DNA of 64,000 bases from Xanthobacteraceae bacterium (GCA_030038995.1 JASHQS010000260.1:327-64326); one strand, 5' to 3'. Counted from the stretch's first letter, positions 9,302 through 18,401 are shown. Notes: generated from the letters alone by a model not told the origin. Translations and numbers: made by a program.

Positions 9302-12214
9302 ATGAGCGATGGTAACGGACACAAACCGGTCGGCTACGGGCACGATCAAAAGGGCGCAGCCGGCGGCGCGACCTACGGCGACGGTAAGCCCGGCGTGGCG
9401 CACACCGCGCCGGCCGACAAAACCGCGGGCGCGAGTGGCCTCGCGACCGGCAAGACATTCACCATCGACGATCGCGAAATCGACATCCGCGCCGGCGAGA
9501 CGATTTTCCGCGCCGCGCGCCGGCTCGGCATCAAGCTGCCGCACCTGTGCTATTTGCCGCAACCCGGCTACCGGCCGGACGGCAATTGCCGCGTCTGCAT
9601 GGTCGAGATCGAAGGCGAGCGCGTGCTGGCGGCAAGCTGCATCCGCTATCCCGCGCCCGGCATGAAAGTAAAGACGCAGACCGAGCGCGCCACGACCGCG
9701 CGCCGCATGGTCGCCGAACTTTTGCTCGCCGACCAGCCGGACCAGGCCCATGCCCACGATCCCGCTTCGGAATTGTGGAAGATCGTCACGCGCATGAACC
9801 TGGCGCAGGGCCGCTTCCCGCGCCGCCACACGCCGGCGCCCGACCGCAGCCATCCGGCCATGGCGGTCAATCTCGACGCCTGCATTCACTGCAATCTTTG
9901 CGTCCGCGCCTGCCGCGAAGTGCAGGTCAACGACGTGATCGGCATGGCCGGCCGCGGCCATGGCGAGAAGATCGTGTTCGATTTCGACGATCCGATGGGC
10001 GCTTCCACGTGCGTCGCCTGCGGCGAATGCGTGCAGGCCTGCCCGACCGGCGCGCTGATGCCGGCAACCGTCGTCGATGCCGGCAACGTCTTTACCGGCA
10101 AGGCCGACCGCGAGGTCGACAGCGTGTGCCCGTATTGCGGCGTCGGCTGTCAGCTCACCTATCACGTCAAGGACGACAAGCTGTTGTACGTCACCGGCCG
10201 CAACGGACCGTCCAACGAGAACCGGCTGTGCGTCAAGGGCCGCTTCGGCTTCGATTACGTGCACAATCCGCAGCGCCTGTTGAAGCCGATGATCCGCAAG
10301 GACGGCGTGCCGAAAATTCCGCACGAGCCGGTCGATCCGGCCAATCCGTGGACGCATTTCCGCGAGGCCAGCTGGGACGAGGCGCTCGAGCGCGCCGCCG
10401 CCGGGCTGAAAAGGATCCGCGACCGCGACGGCCCGCAGGCGCTCGCCGGCTTCGGCTCGGCCAAAGGCTCCAATGAGGAGGCTTATCTGTTCCAGAAGCT
10501 GGTGCGCACCGGCTTCGGCACCAACAACGTCGATCACTGCACGCGGCTGTGCCATGCCTCGTCGGTGGCGGCGCTGATGGAAGGCATCGGGTCGGGCGCA
10601 GTGTCGGCGAGCTTCAACGAATGCAAGAACGCCGAAGTGATCTTTTGCATCGGCTGCAATCCGACCGAGAACCACCCGGTCGCCGCCACCTTCTTCAAGC
10701 AGGCAAAGAAGCGCGGCGCCACCTTGATTGTAGCGGATCCGCGCGGCCAGACGCTCAAGCGTCACGCCACCCACATGCTGCAGTTCAAGAACGGCACCGA
10801 CGTGGCGCTGCTCAACGGCATGCTCAACACCATCGTGACGGAAAAGCTTTACGACGAGCAGTACATCCAGACCTATGTCGAGGGATTCAAGCCGTTCGCC
10901 GAGAACGTCAAGGATTACACGCCGGAGGAAATGGCGCCGATCTGCGGCATCGACGCCGATCTCATCCGCACCGTGGCGCGCAAGTTCGCGCGCGCCAAGG
11001 CGGCGATCATCTTCTGGGGCATGGGCGTCTCGCAGCACACCCACGGCACCGACAATGCGCGCTGCCTGATCGCGCTGTCGCTGATCACCGGCCAGATCGG
11101 CCGGCCGGGCACCGGGCTGCATCCGTTGCGCGGCCAGAACAACGTGCAGGGCGCTTCCGATGCCGGACTGATTCCGATGTTCTATCCGGACTACAAATCG
11201 GTCACGGACCCGCAGGTGCGCGCGCGCTATGAGGACGCCTGGGGCGTCAAGCTCGATCCGAAGACGGGTCTCACCGTCGTCGAGATCATGAACGCGGTGC
11301 ACGCCGACGTGGTCAAGGGCATGTACATCATGGGCGAAAATCCCGCGATGTCCGATCCCGATCTCAATCACGCGCGCGAGGCGCTGGCGCATCTCGAACA
11401 TCTCGTGGTGCAGGATTTGTTCCTCACCGAGACCGCGGCCTATGCCGACGTGGTGCTGCCGGCATCGGCGTGGCCGGAGAAGGACGGCACCGCCATCAAT
11501 ACCAACCGCCAGGTGCAGATGGGCCGCCGGGCGCTGCCGCTGCCGGGCGACACGCGGTCCGATTGGTGGCTCATCCAGGAGATCGGCCGGCGCATCGGCC
11601 TGCCCTGGAACTACAAGGGCCCGGAGGAGATCTACACCGAGATGGCGTCGCTGATGCCCTCGCTCGACAACATCTCGTGGCAGCGCGTGCAGCGCGAGAG
11701 CGCGGTGACCTATCCGGCCGATGCGCCCGACAGGCCCGGCCACGACGTGGTGTTCGACAAGGGCTTTCCGCGGCCCGGCGGCTTCGGCAAGCTCGTCGCC
11801 GCCAAGCTGCAGCCGCCCGACGAGACGCCGGACGACCAATATCCGTTCATCCTCACCACCGGCCGCCAGCTCGAACATTGGCACACCGGGGCGATGACGC
11901 GCCGCGCCTCGACGCTCGACGCGCTCGAGCCGGGCGCGGTCGCTTCGGTGTCGCGCGGCACCGTCGCCAAACTCGGCATCCGGCCCGGCGACATGATCCG
12001 CGTGGCGACGCGGCGCGGCGCCGTCGAGCTCACCGCGCGGCAGGACGACGCCATCCCGGACGGCGTGGTGTTCATTCCGTTTGCGTATGTCGAGGCGGCG
12101 GCGAACCTGCTCACCAATCCGAAGCTCGATCCCTTCGGCAAGATTCCCGAGTTCAAATATTGCGCGGCGCGGATCGAGGCGGTCGAGCCGGCGAGCAGAA
12201 TCGCGGCGGAGTAG
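9302..12214 (+). CDS. fdsA: formate dehydrogenase alpha subunit (molybdopterin, NuoG-like N-terminus)
   Basis: 2Fe-2S/4Fe-4S Cys clusters (CIHCNLCVRAC, CVACGECVQACP, CPYCGVGC) plus molybdopterin oxidoreductase domains. Start taken at ATG 9302, internal to track ORF 9071. Confidence 0.9.
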   Translation: MSDGNGHKPVGYGHDQKGAAGGATYGDGKPGVAHTAPADKTAGASGLATGKTFTIDDREIDIRAGETIFRAARRLGIKLPHLCYLPQPGYRPDGNCRVCMVEIEGERVLAASCIRYPAPGMKVKTQTERATTARRMVAELLLADQPDQAHAHDPASELWKIVTRMNLAQGRFPRRHTPAPDRSHPAMAVNLDACIHCNLCVRACREVQVNDVIGMAGRGHGEKIVFDFDDPMGASTCVACGECVQACPTGALMPATVVDAGNVFTGKADREVDSVCPYCGVGCQLTYHVKDDKLLYVTGRNGPSNENRLCVKGRFGFDYVHNPQRLLKPMIRKDGVPKIPHEPVDPANPWTHFREASWDEALERAAAGLKRIRDRDGPQALAGFGSAKGSNEEAYLFQKLVRTGFGTNNVDHCTRLCHASSVAALMEGIGSGAVSASFNECKNAEVIFCIGCNPTENHPVAATFFKQAKKRGATLIVADPRGQTLKRHATHMLQFKNGTDVALLNGMLNTIVTEKLYDEQYIQTYVEGFKPFAENVKDYTPEEMAPICGIDADLIRTVARKFARAKAAIIFWGMGVSQHTHGTDNARCLIALSLITGQIGRPGTGLHPLRGQNNVQGASDAGLIPMFYPDYKSVTDPQVRARYEDAWGVKLDPKTGLTVVEIMNAVHADVVKGMYIMGENPAMSDPDLNHAREALAHLEHLVVQDLFLTETAAYADVVLPASAWPEKDGTAINTNRQVQMGRRALPLPGDTRSDWWLIQEIGRRIGLPWNYKGPEEIYTEMASLMPSLDNISWQRVQRESAVTYPADAPDRPGHDVVFDKGFPRPGGFGKLVAAKLQPPDETPDDQYPFILTTGRQLEHWHTGAMTRRASTLDALEPGAVASVSRGTVAKLGIRPGDMIRVATRRGAVELTARQDDAIPDGVVFIPFAYVEAAANLLTNPKLDPFGKIPEFKYCAARIEAVEPASRIAAE

Positions 12215-12262
12215 GCGGGTCGTCCTCTGCCAGCCTGACGAACGGCCGAGCAATACGGCGGT

Positions 12263-12814
12263 TCAGGCGTTGTACGTCAAAAATCGCATTTGCTGAAAGT
12301 GAAAGACGTTCTTCGTATCGCACAGCTCGGTGGCCGCGCTGACCACCGGGACGATCGTAATGCTGATTTCGGCATGCGATTTGGCGATTTGCTTCAGTGC
12401 GGCAGTAACCGGGACGCGCGCCAGCGTCGGTCGCAACGGATGCGGATCGCGCAAGTCGTAAGCGTCGAGGCGCTCGTTGATCTCGCAATGCCCGACGTCG
12501 CCGAAACAGCCGCCATGACCAAAAATGTAGAACGAACCGGCGTAGCCGTGGTCGAGCGTCTTGGGCGTGCTCGCGTCGGCCTTCGGATTGTTGAAAAAGA
12601 CGCGGCCCTCATATGACGCCTGGCTGTGGTCGATCCCGAGAATCTCGAGGTCCGCGGACTCGAAGCGGTGACCGGGTCCGGCGAATTCGATGGCAACCGG
12701 CTTCGAGGTATAGGTGTTGGCCGGCGCGCTTGGCCGCACCGGCGAGGTGACTCTGGCTTTGCCCGGAGTGCTTGCTTTGCCGACCCGGCGCTGTTGTCGC
12801 GACTTCTTTGCCAT
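12263..12814 (-). CDS. stand-alone tyrosinase C-terminal-domain-like (lid/caddie-like) protein
   Basis: Sits 14 nt after the tyrosinase stop with its own GGAG SD. Basic, disordered N-terminus, then a beta-rich domain with ...SYEGRVFFNNPKADASTP...GYAGSFYIFGHGGCFGDVGHC, reminiscent of fungal/bacterial tyrosinase C-terminal domains. Similarity judged from memory only. Confidence 0.5.
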   Translation of the reverse strand: MAKKSRQQRRVGKASTPGKARVTSPVRPSAPANTYTSKPVAIEFAGPGHRFESADLEILGIDHSQASYEGRVFFNNPKADASTPKTLDHGYAGSFYIFGHGGCFGDVGHCEINERLDAYDLRDPHPLRPTLARVPVTAALKQIAKSHAEISITIVPVVSAATELCDTKNVFHFQQMRFLTYNA

Positions 12815-12828
12815 TGTCCAAGCTCCGA

Positions 12829-13602
12829 TCAGATCGGGACGACCGTTTGCGCGGCGGCGTAGTCGTAACCGAGGCTGTTCACGCTCAGCACGTCGCGCAC
12901 CTGCATATTGAACGGCGGCAGCACCGTATCAAGGAGATCGTCCGGCATGCTGCCATTGCCATTGCGGACCTGCCACAGCCACCACAATCGATCGACCATG
13001 CAGTGATGCGAATAAAATATCGGGTCGAAAGCCGCGACCGCGACGATTGCCATGTCGCCGCCCACCCATCCGTGCACCAGGTTGTGCAGACGACTTTCCA
13101 GCGCCAAGGTGAAATCGGTCCAGTCACCGGTCGAGAGGACGTCGTCGACGTCGCTCTGCGACGGCAGATCGTCGGCCGATCCGGGCTGGCGGCGCGTGGC
13201 GTGATGAATCGAGGGATTGGTGAGGTCGATGCGGAAGCTGTACAGCGGATTGGGCTTGCCGCCGTCGGCGGTCCGATCTTCGAAAATTTTTGGAATGCCG
13301 GATTGGCGCGGCGGACGCAGCGTCCAGTCCCACCACGGCAACGTCACGGTAGATACCCTGCTTCGTGCGGCCAGCTCTAGATTGTAGAGGTATGCCCGGT
13401 GCCAGGGCAAAAAGTAATAGGCCGGAGCGGTGTCGGTGGAGTGCTGACAGTACCAATTCGGTACCCCGTGCAATCCGGCAAAATAGGCAAAGCCGCGATT
13501 GTCGGTAATGGCCTGCATCTGCCGGTAGGCGTCGCGGAAAGCGCCGGCCTCAGCATCGGACAGATTGTGCACGCCTTTCCTGATACGAAGGTTGTCGGCC
13601 AT
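12829..13602 (-). CDS. tyrosinase (type-3 copper protein), short form
   Basis: CuA His (LHG, CQH, WHRAYL) and CuB (HNLVHGWVGG ... DPIFYSHHCMVDRLW) motifs. ATG 13602 preferred over the track's GTG 13620. Confidence 0.85.
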   Translation of the reverse strand: MADNLRIRKGVHNLSDAEAGAFRDAYRQMQAITDNRGFAYFAGLHGVPNWYCQHSTDTAPAYYFLPWHRAYLYNLELAARSRVSTVTLPWWDWTLRPPRQSGIPKIFEDRTADGGKPNPLYSFRIDLTNPSIHHATRRQPGSADDLPSQSDVDDVLSTGDWTDFTLALESRLHNLVHGWVGGDMAIVAVAAFDPIFYSHHCMVDRLWWLWQVRNGNGSMPDDLLDTVLPPFNMQVRDVLSVNSLGYDYAAAQTVVPI

Positions 13603-13672
13603 ACTGAGCCCCCGTCGCACGGTAGTTGTGCGCCATAGCCGGACAAATTAACAATTGAAGGGGCCGCTGTAA

Positions 13673-14020
13673 ATGCACCGCAGCGACGATCCGCGCGAAG
13701 AGATCGAGCGCCTGGAAGCGCAGATCGACGGGCTCGTTGCCAAGCGCGAAAGCTGCCGCAAGTTCATTCTGGTGTCGCGCATCGCGATCGTTGCCGGCGC
13801 CGTCCTGCTGGCGGCGCTGCTGCTCGGCGCCATTCGCTTCGATGCGACGGAATTGATCGCGGCCATTGCCGCATTGCTTGCCGGCATCGTCGGCTGGGGC
13901 TCGAACGACTCGACCGCCAAGGAGGCGGCCAAGGAATTGGCAGCGCTCGAAGCGGATCGGACGGCGCTGATCGGCCGGATTCGGCTCCGTGTCATAAATG
14001 ACGGTGAAACCCTGCATTGA
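13673..14020 (+). CDS. hypothetical two-TM membrane protein with N- and C-terminal coiled segments
   Basis: ORF with a hydrophobic core (ILVSRIAIVAGAVLLAALLLG...IAAIAALLAGIVGWG). No function recognised. Confidence 0.45.
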   Translation: MHRSDDPREEIERLEAQIDGLVAKRESCRKFILVSRIAIVAGAVLLAALLLGAIRFDATELIAAIAALLAGIVGWGSNDSTAKEAAKELAALEADRTALIGRIRLRVINDGETLH

Positions 14021-14069
14021 CGGGCGGCGCCGGTCGGTTCCGGGCCACCGCGGGATTGCCCGCGTTTGC

Positions 14070-14249
14070 GCATAGGCGCTAACAGAGGCCTCTGTTTCCC
14101 GGATGCGGTGCAGTGCGAAGCGGTGCACCGCTGATCCGGGACCGTCCCAGACTCCGCAACTTGTTACGATCCCGGGTCTGCAGCGCACCACTTCGCTGCG
14201 CTTCGTGCTGCGCTGCGTCCGGGAAACGCAGCTATGTTAGCGCCTATGC
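14070..14249 (+). mobile_element. 180-bp MITE copy A (TIR GCATAGGCGCTAACA), flanked by 8-bp TSD GCGTTTGC (14062-14069 / 14250-14257)
   Basis: Terminal inverted repeats, internal long palindrome and direct flanking duplication were all read directly. Homologous copies at 18477 and 24867. Confidence 0.8.
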
Positions 14250-14257
14250 GCGTTTGC

Positions 14258-14473
14258 GGGCTCGCCGCTGACCAAATAACATACGAAGAAACGTCTCTCG
14301 GGAGGACGAACGGCACGCTGATGTCGGTTGCGCTGCACGCGCGCGACGCCAAGCAGGTCTATGTCGCCGCGCGCTACGGCGAAGTGTTCGGCACGCCGGA
14401 CGGCGGCCAAACCTGGCGCGAGATGCCGCTGCCGGCCGGCGTGCAGCATATTTACGCGCTGGCCTGCGGGTGA
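14258..14473 (+). pseudogene. C-terminal remnant of a BNR/Ycf48-like beta-propeller protein
   Basis: ...VYVAARYGEVFGTPDGGQTWREMPLP is a BNR-type repeat. There is no upstream body, and a MITE abuts the 5' side. Confidence 0.35.
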
Positions 14474-14482
14474 GATAACGTT

Positions 14483-14911
14483 TCATAACGGCCGGAAGAA
14501 TCGCAGCGAAGTGCGCGAAAAGCCGAGCCGCTGATAGAAGCGGTGCGCATCGAGCCGGCGCTGCGCGCTGGTGAGCTCGATACCCGAGCAACCGTGCTCG
14601 CGGGCAAAGTCGGCCACGCGGGCGAGCAGCCGTTCGCCAAGACCCCGGCGCCGGTGTTGTGACGCCACGACCAGCGCGGTGACGCGGCAGACCGTCGAGC
14701 CGTCTGGAAAATACGGCACCAGCTCGGCGCTGATCAGCCCGATCACGTCGTTCTCCGACTGAGCGAGGAGGAGGCAGCTTGTGCCGCTGTGCAGCGAGCG
14801 CCGCACGCGATCGACGACGCCGGCTGCCGTCGCCGCATAGCCGAGCTCGGTCACCAGCGCGGCGATCGCCTGCGCGTCGGCCTGGGTGGCGCGCCGGAAC
14901 GTGACTGTCAT
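14483..14911 (-). CDS. GNAT family N-acetyltransferase
   Basis: QHRRRGLGERLL...AHRFYQRLGF acetyl-CoA binding motifs. Start at ATG 14911, internal to the track ORF. Confidence 0.8.
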   Translation of the reverse strand: MTVTFRRATQADAQAIAALVTELGYAATAAGVVDRVRRSLHSGTSCLLLAQSENDVIGLISAELVPYFPDGSTVCRVTALVVASQHRRRGLGERLLARVADFAREHGCSGIELTSAQRRLDAHRFYQRLGFSRTSLRFFRPL

Positions 14912-14958
14912 TTGGTCGCTCGCACGGCCCTGCCCGCAGGCTCGACGCCGCTCTCCGG

Positions 14959-15219
14959 CTACGCTTTGGTGTCCTTGAAATACGGCTCGACCTTGCCGGT
15001 CAGCTTGATGGTGAGCGGATTGCCGTAGCGGTCCTTGGCCTTGCCGGCCGGCACGCGCACCCAGCCCTCGCTGACGCAATATTCCTCCACATTGGTCTTC
15101 TCGACGCCGCGGAAGCGCACGCCGACGTCGCGCTTGAGCACTTCGGCGTCGTAATAGGGGCTGCGCGGATCGTTCGACAAGCGGTCGGGCGGGGCAGCGG
15201 CGGGTTTGTCTTCGGGCAT
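14959..15219 (-). CDS. DUF3297-like small protein
   Basis: MPEDKPAAAPPDRLSNDPRSPYYDAEVL...EGWVRVPAGKAKDRYGNP. Family assignment is from memory. Confidence 0.55.
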   Translation of the reverse strand: MPEDKPAAAPPDRLSNDPRSPYYDAEVLKRDVGVRFRGVEKTNVEEYCVSEGWVRVPAGKAKDRYGNPLTIKLTGKVEPYFKDTKA

Positions 15220-15260
15220 GTTTGCTTTGTAGCATGAGAAGGTAAGCCGACACAGAAAAT

Positions 15261-15338
15261 CGTCATTGCGAGCGAAGCGACGAAGCAACCCGGAACGGCG
15301 GCGCCGCGCTGGATTGCTTCGCTTCGCGCGCGATGACG
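15261..15338. repeat. REP-like palindrome (CGTCATTGCGAGCGAAGCGACGAAGCAA ... TTGCTTCGCTTCGCGCGCGATGACG)
   Basis: Inverted arms read directly. Confidence 0.5.
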
Positions 15339-15436
15339 AGCGCAGCCATCATTGGATCGACAAGTGCGCCGCCTTGAGCGGCGCGCCGTTCTTCTCGATT
15401 TCCGCACCGATGATGCTTTTGCTGTTTTGGCGCCCG

Positions 15437-15470
15437 TAGCCTGGATTTTACGCGGCCGTCGTCCAGGCTA
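15437..15470. promoter_or_regulatory. perfect 9-bp inverted repeat TAGCCTGGA-N16-TCCAGGCTA just upstream of bioB
   Basis: Read directly. Function unknown (operator or RNA hairpin). Confidence 0.25.
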
Positions 15471-15502
15471 GAGTGGCCCCCGGCCGAAGCAGGATGCGAA
15501 AA

Positions 15503-16525
15503 ATGGCAGGCAGCGGAGACAGAGCGCAGCGATTGGCGGCTGCGCCGCGGCGCGACGATGCGGGCGCGGCGCCGCCCGCCCTGATCCGCCATGACTGGAC
15601 GCGCGGGGAAGTGCGCGCGCTGTTCGATCTGCCGTTCCCGGAGCTGATGTATCGCGCGCAGACGGTACACCGGCAAAATTTCGATGCGGCCGCCGTGCAG
15701 ATCGCGACGCTGTTGTCGATCAAGACCGGCGGCTGCCCGGAGGATTGCGCCTATTGCCCGCAGAGCGCGCGCTACCACACCGGCGTGCGCGCCGAAAAAC
15801 TGATGGGCCGCGATGCGGTGCTCGCCGAGGCACGCGCCGCCAAAGCGGCCGGCGCCAGCCGCTTCTGCATGGGCGCCGCCTGGCGCGAGCCCAAGGACCG
15901 CGACCTCGACGCCGTGTGCGCCATGGTCGAGGGCGTCAAGGCTTTGGGGCTCGAGAGCTGCGCCACGCTCGGCATGCTCACGGCCGCGCAGGCGCGCCGG
16001 CTCAAGGACAGCGGCCTCGACTATTACAATCACAACCTCGACACCGCGCCGGAGTTTTACGGCGCGATCATCAGCACGCGTACGTACCAGGAGCGCTTGG
16101 CCACGCTCGACCACGTGCGCGCCGCCGGCATCCATGTCTGCTGCGGCGGCATCGTCGGCATGGGCGAGACGCGCGAAGACCGTATCGGTATGATCGCGAC
16201 CTTGGCGAGCTTGCCGGCGCATCCGGAATCGGTGCCGATCAACATGCTGGTGCGCGTCGCCGGCACGCCGCTCGCCGACGTGCAAAAACTCGAGCCGCTG
16301 GAATTCGTCCGCGCCGTCGCCGCTGCCCGCATCACCATGCCGCGCGCGATGGTGCGGCTCTCCGCCGGCCGCGAGGACATGAGCGAGGAGACGCAGGCAC
16401 TGTGCTTTCTCGCCGGCGCCAATTCGATCTTCTACGGGCCGAAGCTGTTGACGACGCCCAACCCCGGCCCGGATCGCGACCGCGCGCTGCTGGAGCGATT
16501 GGGATTAAGGCCTATGGAGCCGTGA
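15503..16525 (+). CDS. bioB: biotin synthase
   Basis: Radical-SAM [11 protein letters not shown] motif and full-length BioB similarity. The start is uncertain (GTG 15473, ATG 15494 or ATG 15503); 15503 has the best AGGA spacing. Confidence 0.9.
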   Translation: MAGSGDRAQRLAAAPRRDDAGAAPPALIRHDWTRGEVRALFDLPFPELMYRAQTVHRQNFDAAAVQIATLLSIKTGGCPEDCAYCPQSARYHTGVRAEKLMGRDAVLAEARAAKAAGASRFCMGAAWREPKDRDLDAVCAMVEGVKALGLESCATLGMLTAAQARRLKDSGLDYYNHNLDTAPEFYGAIISTRTYQERLATLDHVRAAGIHVCCGGIVGMGETREDRIGMIATLASLPAHPESVPINMLVRVAGTPLADVQKLEPLEFVRAVAAARITMPRAMVRLSAGREDMSEETQALCFLAGANSIFYGPKLLTTPNPGPDRDRALLERLGLRPMEP

Positions 16526-16761
16526 TGGCACGAACGCGTGTGCTCAATTCGGAGGCAGGTCAAGCGGTGCGCATTCCGCCGGAATTCGCCTATTGGAATG
16601 AAGACATTGAATTGGGAATTAATCGGTTCGGCGATGTCCTCATCATCTTTCCGGCACGCGAAGAGATGCGTGAAGTTGTAGCGACGCTTCGGAAGATGCC
16701 CCGGCCGGAACGTGTCGAAAAGAAGTGTCCGATCCAACCTCCGATCCGTCGGCGAGATTGA
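16525..16761 (+). CDS. AbrB/SpoVT-fold VapB/VagC-like antitoxin-type protein, orphan
   Basis: [44 protein letters not shown] fits the VagC-type pattern. The ATG overlaps the bioB TGA (GTGATGG). There is no room for a toxin gene before ggt. Confidence 0.6.
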   Translation: MARTRVLNSEAGQAVRIPPEFAYWNEDIELGINRFGDVLIIFPAREEMREVVATLRKMPRPERVEKKCPIQPPIRRRD

Positions 16762-16785
16762 TCAACCGCTCGCAATTATGTTGAT

Positions 16786-18378
16786 CTAAACTCCCGCAGC
16801 CCCGCCATCCGCCCGCGGATCGTGGGCGCCTTCGCAACTGCCGTCGGCATGCAGCAGCACCGCGCCGGCGTGGCCCATGACGTCGGAGTAGGGCTCGTCC
16901 AAAACTTCGATGTCGTGGCCGGCGGCGGCGAGCGCCTCGATGAGGTTGCCGTCGAAGCGCGGCTCGAGGCGCAACGTGGTGCGCGGGCTGCCCCAGGTGC
17001 GGCCCAAAACCCAGCGCGGCCGGTCGATGGCGTCGGCGAGCGGCTGGCGAAAATCGACGTGGCGGGTGAACAGCGCGCTCTGCGTTTGCGGCTGGCCGTC
17101 GCCGCCCATGCAGCCATAGGCCATGATGCGGCCGCCCGTGAGCACCGCGAGCGCCGGATTGAGCGTGTGAAACGGCAGCCGGCCGGGCGCGAGCAGGTTG
17201 AGCGCGCCGGCTTCGAGCGAAAAGCTGGCGCCGCGGTTCTGCATCAACAGGCCGGTGCGCGGCAGCACCAGGCCGGAGCCGAACTCCCAGTACAGCGATT
17301 GGATGTAGGACACGACGAGGCCGCTCGTATCCGCCGCGCCCATCCAGATCGTGTCGCTCTCGCCCGCGCGAATGAGCCACGGCGCCGCCTTGCGGCGGTC
17401 GATCTTCATCGCTTCGCCGGCGATGAAGCGCTCGTCGAGATAGCGCTCCAGCGCTTGCGGCAGCCGCTCCGGATCGGTCACGGCGCGGTCGCGCACGCGC
17501 AGCGCCCGCTTGGTGGCTTCGACCAGCAGATGCACATGATCGAAGCTTTCAGCCGCGGCGGCGCCGAGGCGCTCGAACAAAGCCAGGATCATGAGCGACA
17601 CCACGCCCTGGGTCGGCGCGTCCGTGTTGTAGAGGGTGCCGGCCGGCAGCGTGACGCTCAGCGGTTCGGCGAGCGTGGCGGCGTATTGCTTAAGGTCATC
17701 GCGGGTGACCGGGCTGCCGAGCCGTTCGAGATCGACGGCGATCTCGCGGCCGACGTCGCCGCGATAAAAATCGTCGAGCCCGGCATCGGCGACATGCGCC
17801 AACGTGTCGGCGAGTTTTTCCTGCTTCAGCATCGCGCCGACCGCCGGCGTCTTGCCGTCTACGAGAAAGGTCGCGGCAAAGCCGTGCACGTTCGACAGTT
17901 CGGCGAGATAGGTCGCGGTGAGCCGGTTTTGGCTGCGCGTAACCTTGTAGCCGTTGCGGGCATGGCCGGCGGCGGGGCCGAGCAGAACTTTCAGCGGCAG
18001 CTTGCCGCCGTAAGCGCCGGCGATGTCGAGCGCCAGCATCCAGCCGCCGACGGCGCCCGGCGCCGTGAGCGCGGCGAGCGGGCCGCGCGGCGGAATGGTC
18101 TCGTGGTTTTCGCGATAAAGCTCGGGCCGCGCGTGGTGCCCGGCCGGTCCCGCCGCCATGATGGCGCGCAGGCGTCGCGACGGCTCGCGGATCAGCCAAA
18201 AGCCGTCGCCGCCCAGATGATTCATGTGCGGGTAGACCACCGCGATGGTCGCCGCCATCGCCACCATGGCTTCGAGCGCATTGCCGCCCTCGGCCAGAAC
18301 GGCGCGGCCGTCCTCGACGGCGGAAAAATGCGGCGCGCAGACCACGCCGCGACGATGACCGGCGCTGTGCAGGTCCAT
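16786..18378 (-). CDS. ggt: gamma-glutamyltransferase family protein
   Basis: GGNALEAMVAMAATIAVVYPHMNHLGGDGF... and a ...DTIWMGAAD... region typical of the GGT/Ntn family. Confidence 0.85.
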   Translation of the reverse strand: MDLHSAGHRRGVVCAPHFSAVEDGRAVLAEGGNALEAMVAMAATIAVVYPHMNHLGGDGFWLIREPSRRLRAIMAAGPAGHHARPELYRENHETIPPRGPLAALTAPGAVGGWMLALDIAGAYGGKLPLKVLLGPAAGHARNGYKVTRSQNRLTATYLAELSNVHGFAATFLVDGKTPAVGAMLKQEKLADTLAHVADAGLDDFYRGDVGREIAVDLERLGSPVTRDDLKQYAATLAEPLSVTLPAGTLYNTDAPTQGVVSLMILALFERLGAAAAESFDHVHLLVEATKRALRVRDRAVTDPERLPQALERYLDERFIAGEAMKIDRRKAAPWLIRAGESDTIWMGAADTSGLVVSYIQSLYWEFGSGLVLPRTGLLMQNRGASFSLEAGALNLLAPGRLPFHTLNPALAVLTGGRIMAYGCMGGDGQPQTQSALFTRHVDFRQPLADAIDRPRWVLGRTWGSPRTTLRLEPRFDGNLIEALAAAGHDIEVLDEPYSDVMGHAGAVLLHADGSCEGAHDPRADGGAAGV

Positions 18379-18401
18379 GTGGTCAGCCCATGCTTCCGCT
18401 C

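Noticed and set aside
13550-14191. ORFs encoding MVRCRPGIVTSCGVWDGPG... that recur at 18535-18780 and 24963-25667.
   Set aside because: The shared peptide is simply the translation of the repeated MITE DNA. The copies occur in both orientations and have no SD or conserved ORF ends.
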